A stretch of DNA of 64,000 bases from Blepharisma stoltei ATCC 30299 (Eukaryota; Protista; Ciliophora): the NCBI GenBank assembly GCA_965603825.1, contig CBFDEM010000016.1:434001-498000 (forward strand). Direction: 5' to 3'. The position numbers were made by a program, and so were the translations under genes. Below the pieces are notes generated by a model. It saw only the letters and a list, made by a program, of their open reading frames with translations. It was not told the origin of the DNA and did not search any database. This document shows, one piece after another, positions 61,367 through 64,000 of the stretch (position 1 is its first letter; each line of letters opens with the position of its first letter).

Positions 61367-62656
61367 ATGATGAAAATTGTTGCTGATTACAAAGTAAAGC
61401 ACCTACCTAAGCCTATTGTATCAACTAGACTCCCCAAGGCATTTTCGCAGCCGATAAAGAAAACTATGAAAAAAGACATTGAAGAAATTTACGAAGGCGA
61501 AGAGTACAAAAAGATGAAAAATTTGCTATCACCTATAAAAATAAAACCAAATGACCATTCAAAATTAACAAAAGCATTAAAGCAGCTGGAAAAGCTTCCT
61601 GCTAACCCTGACAACATAGATCTCTACGAGCCTTTTTCGAGACTTCGAAGCCAAGCACAAATAATTCTTCCCCAATGCCAAGTGCAGCTTGAAGAAATGA
61701 TTACCCTTTCACATTTAAATTCCCAGTCACTCACTGGGAATATCCGAAAAGTCCTTCATGCCCAGACTCTAGAACTTTTCGCAATTAAACAAATCCCAAT
61801 CAGTACACGGGACGAAAGGGCTCATCTCAAAGACTGGATCAGTAAATGGCAAAACATCCAGCAAAGACACAAAAAGCTAATCAACGTAAGCGCAACATTT
61901 TGGAACTCTCCTGAAGGTGTAGTTAGCATAGTTATGGAATATTTGCCTGGAGGGAGTTTAAAAGATTTAATAGCCACCTGTGGAAGTCTACCAGAAAATC
62001 TAGTTTCACTTATTGTAAAAAAAATTTTGGAATTCCTCATATATCTTCATAGAAAAAATGAAGCCTATGGAGGGATTTCTACTACACAAATTCTTTTTAC
62101 AAAATCTGGGGCAATTAAGTTTGGATTAGGCTTTACACAGAGGCTGCAGTCTAAAATTCATACCTTAGAAGACGATATTTATACGCTTGGGATATTAGTT
62201 TTAAATTCTGTTCTAGGGGATTCAGATATAATTCCTTCTACTACACAGGACTGTTGTGTTTTCCACACAATGGAATCAAACCCTATCATAAAAAGACTGA
62301 CACCTCAGGTCAAAGAGTTTATATGTTTATGTTTAAGGGAAAAAAAGCCAAGTGCTGATGACTTAATGAAGCATGAATGGTTTAATTTAGAGAGCTATCC
62401 AGGGCCTGCGGTAGAATTAAAAGAAGTCATCGCAATTAATTATAACTTAGGGAGTGGAGAATACTTAGAAGCTGCTGATAAGATGCTAGACAGAGTATGT
62501 GAAGCTTTAAAAGTAGTCATTTTAGGACAGACTATTTCAAAGCCAGCAGATTCAGCAATCCAGCAGCTCGCAATAGATCTTGGGTTGCCATATGTTGTAG
62601 TTCATGAAAAAATTAGCAAAGTTTATGACGAAAATATTAGCGTTTTGTATACATAG
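61367..62656 (+). CDS. STE/MAP2K-like pseudokinase
   Basis: FAIKQI and IVMEYLPGGSLKDL present; HRD and DFG replaced. Confidence 0.75.
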   Translation: MMKIVADYKVKHLPKPIVSTRLPKAFSQPIKKTMKKDIEEIYEGEEYKKMKNLLSPIKIKPNDHSKLTKALKQLEKLPANPDNIDLYEPFSRLRSQAQIILPQCQVQLEEMITLSHLNSQSLTGNIRKVLHAQTLELFAIKQIPISTRDERAHLKDWISKWQNIQQRHKKLINVSATFWNSPEGVVSIVMEYLPGGSLKDLIATCGSLPENLVSLIVKKILEFLIYLHRKNEAYGGISTTQILFTKSGAIKFGLGFTQRLQSKIHTLEDDIYTLGILVLNSVLGDSDIIPSTTQDCCVFHTMESNPIIKRLTPQVKEFICLCLREKKPSADDLMKHEWFNLESYPGPAVELKEVIAINYNLGSGEYLEAADKMLDRVCEALKVVILGQTISKPADSAIQQLAIDLGLPYVVVHEKISKVYDENISVLYT

Positions 62657-62686
62657 TTTATTAAAAATAAATTAGAATAATTGGAA

Positions 62687-63760
62687 TTAGCTTAGCATCA
62701 ACAGGTAAAGAGAAATAATAAGTGAAGCTGCCCCGGAGTAAGTTTTGGAGTAATAATTCGAAAAATAAATCGTTTTAGTACAAGCATCATTATTTTGCAA
62801 TTGAGGATAATTTTCTATTTGATATTTAGACACGTATAAATTCGTATAATTCTGCCCTACAGTCATTTTCCAGCAATTATCATCAAACCTTCTCACTGTA
62901 TTACACTTATCAAGAGCCTCACTCCACATAAAAGTCCTATATGAAGAAATATAATTCAAATAAGGCGAATCTCCATAGAATGGCTGACAATATGATAATC
63001 CTGATGGGTTCATCCCACATTGGCAGCTCGTGAAATAAGTATTTGTTTCTGTCTTCCCCATGCATTGGCTGTCACTCGTACATTGCTGTGGGGTTGTTGC
63101 TACTGATGTAGGTGCATTAGAACAAGTTCCCTTGGTTGAAAATAATGAAGTGTATAAGCAAACTCCAGATTTACACAAATTAGAATAGCCGCCTTGTTTA
63201 GTTTTGGTGCAATTGGAAATCACACTGCTAAGTGGTAAAGAAAAATATTCTACACAAACCCCTCCAGTACTTGTAATATTGCATCCTGCTTTAGGCACAC
63301 AATCATAATCCGTAGTACAGCCCACTTCATTTATATTTAATAAAGCTTTGCAAGTTCCTGATGCACACCTCAATCCAGGGCCACAATAATCATGCTTGGT
63401 GCAAGTTCCATTCAAGCTAACCCCCACACAATGAGCCTTCGTGCAATTATTTGAAGCACACATGCTGTTCGCTGAACAAGTTTCCCCTGGATATAAATTA
63501 GTCACTGCTGTTGTATCTGGAATAGTTGTGCATGAAGAGTTTTGGTAAGTTCCATAAATAGGTGGGCAATAAGGAGTAGAAGATGATGTGCAGGCATTCA
63601 GGACGTAGGTTGAATATAAAGTGTTAGGGTAGATACAGGTTGATGAGTTAAAAGTCGTGGTATTTGTCTTGCATTGATAAGACCAACAGTAATTTTTTTC
63701 AATTTCTTCGACTGCGTAAGCTGAAATGATGAAAATGAGAAGGAGTTTTAGGCTCTCCAT
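62687..63760 (-). CDS. Cysteine-rich surface protein with probable GPI-anchor signal
   Basis: Signal peptide, same Cys pattern as 11451..12500, tail SGAASLIISLYLLMLS. Confidence 0.8.
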   Translation of the reverse strand: MESLKLLLIFIISAYAVEEIEKNYCWSYQCKTNTTTFNSSTCIYPNTLYSTYVLNACTSSSTPYCPPIYGTYQNSSCTTIPDTTAVTNLYPGETCSANSMCASNNCTKAHCVGVSLNGTCTKHDYCGPGLRCASGTCKALLNINEVGCTTDYDCVPKAGCNITSTGGVCVEYFSLPLSSVISNCTKTKQGGYSNLCKSGVCLYTSLFSTKGTCSNAPTSVATTPQQCTSDSQCMGKTETNTYFTSCQCGMNPSGLSYCQPFYGDSPYLNYISSYRTFMWSEALDKCNTVRRFDDNCWKMTVGQNYTNLYVSKYQIENYPQLQNNDACTKTIYFSNYYSKTYSGAASLIISLYLLMLS

Positions 63761-63805
63761 ACTTATTAGATATAAATTGAAAAATCAGAGAGAAATTACA
63801 TAAGA

Positions 63806-64000
63806 TTAATAATTATTTCAGTCAGCGGGGGAATCTGCACCGTCAATAAAGTGGTCTGATGCAGCCTCAGTTTGTTCTTTGCTAGGGTTTCAGCTTTCGT
63901 GTGAAATTAAAAAGTCAGGGATCCACGAACTTTTTGAATTATTTTCGTTGCTATACAGCGCGTGTAGGTCAATTCTGTTATTTATACTTCTTTCAGTAAA
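63806..64000 (-). CDS. 3' end of a gene starting beyond the window
   Basis: Open for 64 codons with two TGA=W, then TAA at 63806-63808. Confidence 0.55.

Noticed and set aside
195-62040. Many short antisense or alternate-frame ORFs in the track
   Set aside because: They are shadows of well-supported genes.
63820-63970. GC-richer stretch as snRNA or telomerase RNA
   Set aside because: No Sm site or template recognised; it reads as an open minus-strand frame with UGA=Trp.
1-64000. Transposase genes, telomeric repeats, CRISPR arrays, rRNA
   Set aside because: None recognised in the window.

Overview
AT-rich, very gene-dense eukaryotic DNA, almost certainly the somatic (macronuclear) genome of a heterotrich ciliate of the Blepharisma type (inference). 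Two properties visible in the sequence explain why the supplied ORF track looks fragmented. (1) TGA is a sense codon for Trp: I counted about 42 in-frame TGAs, many at conserved Trp sites, and every complete gene ends in TAA or TAG. (2) Spliceosomal introns are only 15-16 nt (GTA...AG, with an A six nt from the 3' end); 7 were found. Re-read this way, the window holds about 40 protein genes and one tRNA-Leu(AAG). Genes include an intact HAP2/GCS1 gamete fusogen, a 2709-aa IP3R/RyR-type Ca2+ release channel, a 1189-aa TRP-like channel, a membrane PDE, V-ATPase H, KAE1, Rab6, RagA, ubiquilin, S1/P1 nuclease, PPT1, a DYRK kinase, PP2C and a pseudokinase. Less obvious items: two dual-acylation microproteins absent from the ORF track, a perfect 26-bp GC-rich hairpin beside a decayed inverted repeat, a fragmented pseudogene copy of the VWA gene, strongly gene-specific UGA versus UGG usage, intergenic gaps as short as 4-36 bp, and a repeated TTAGCG motif upstream of the nuclease. 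All family assignments come from motif recognition by eye; no searches were run.
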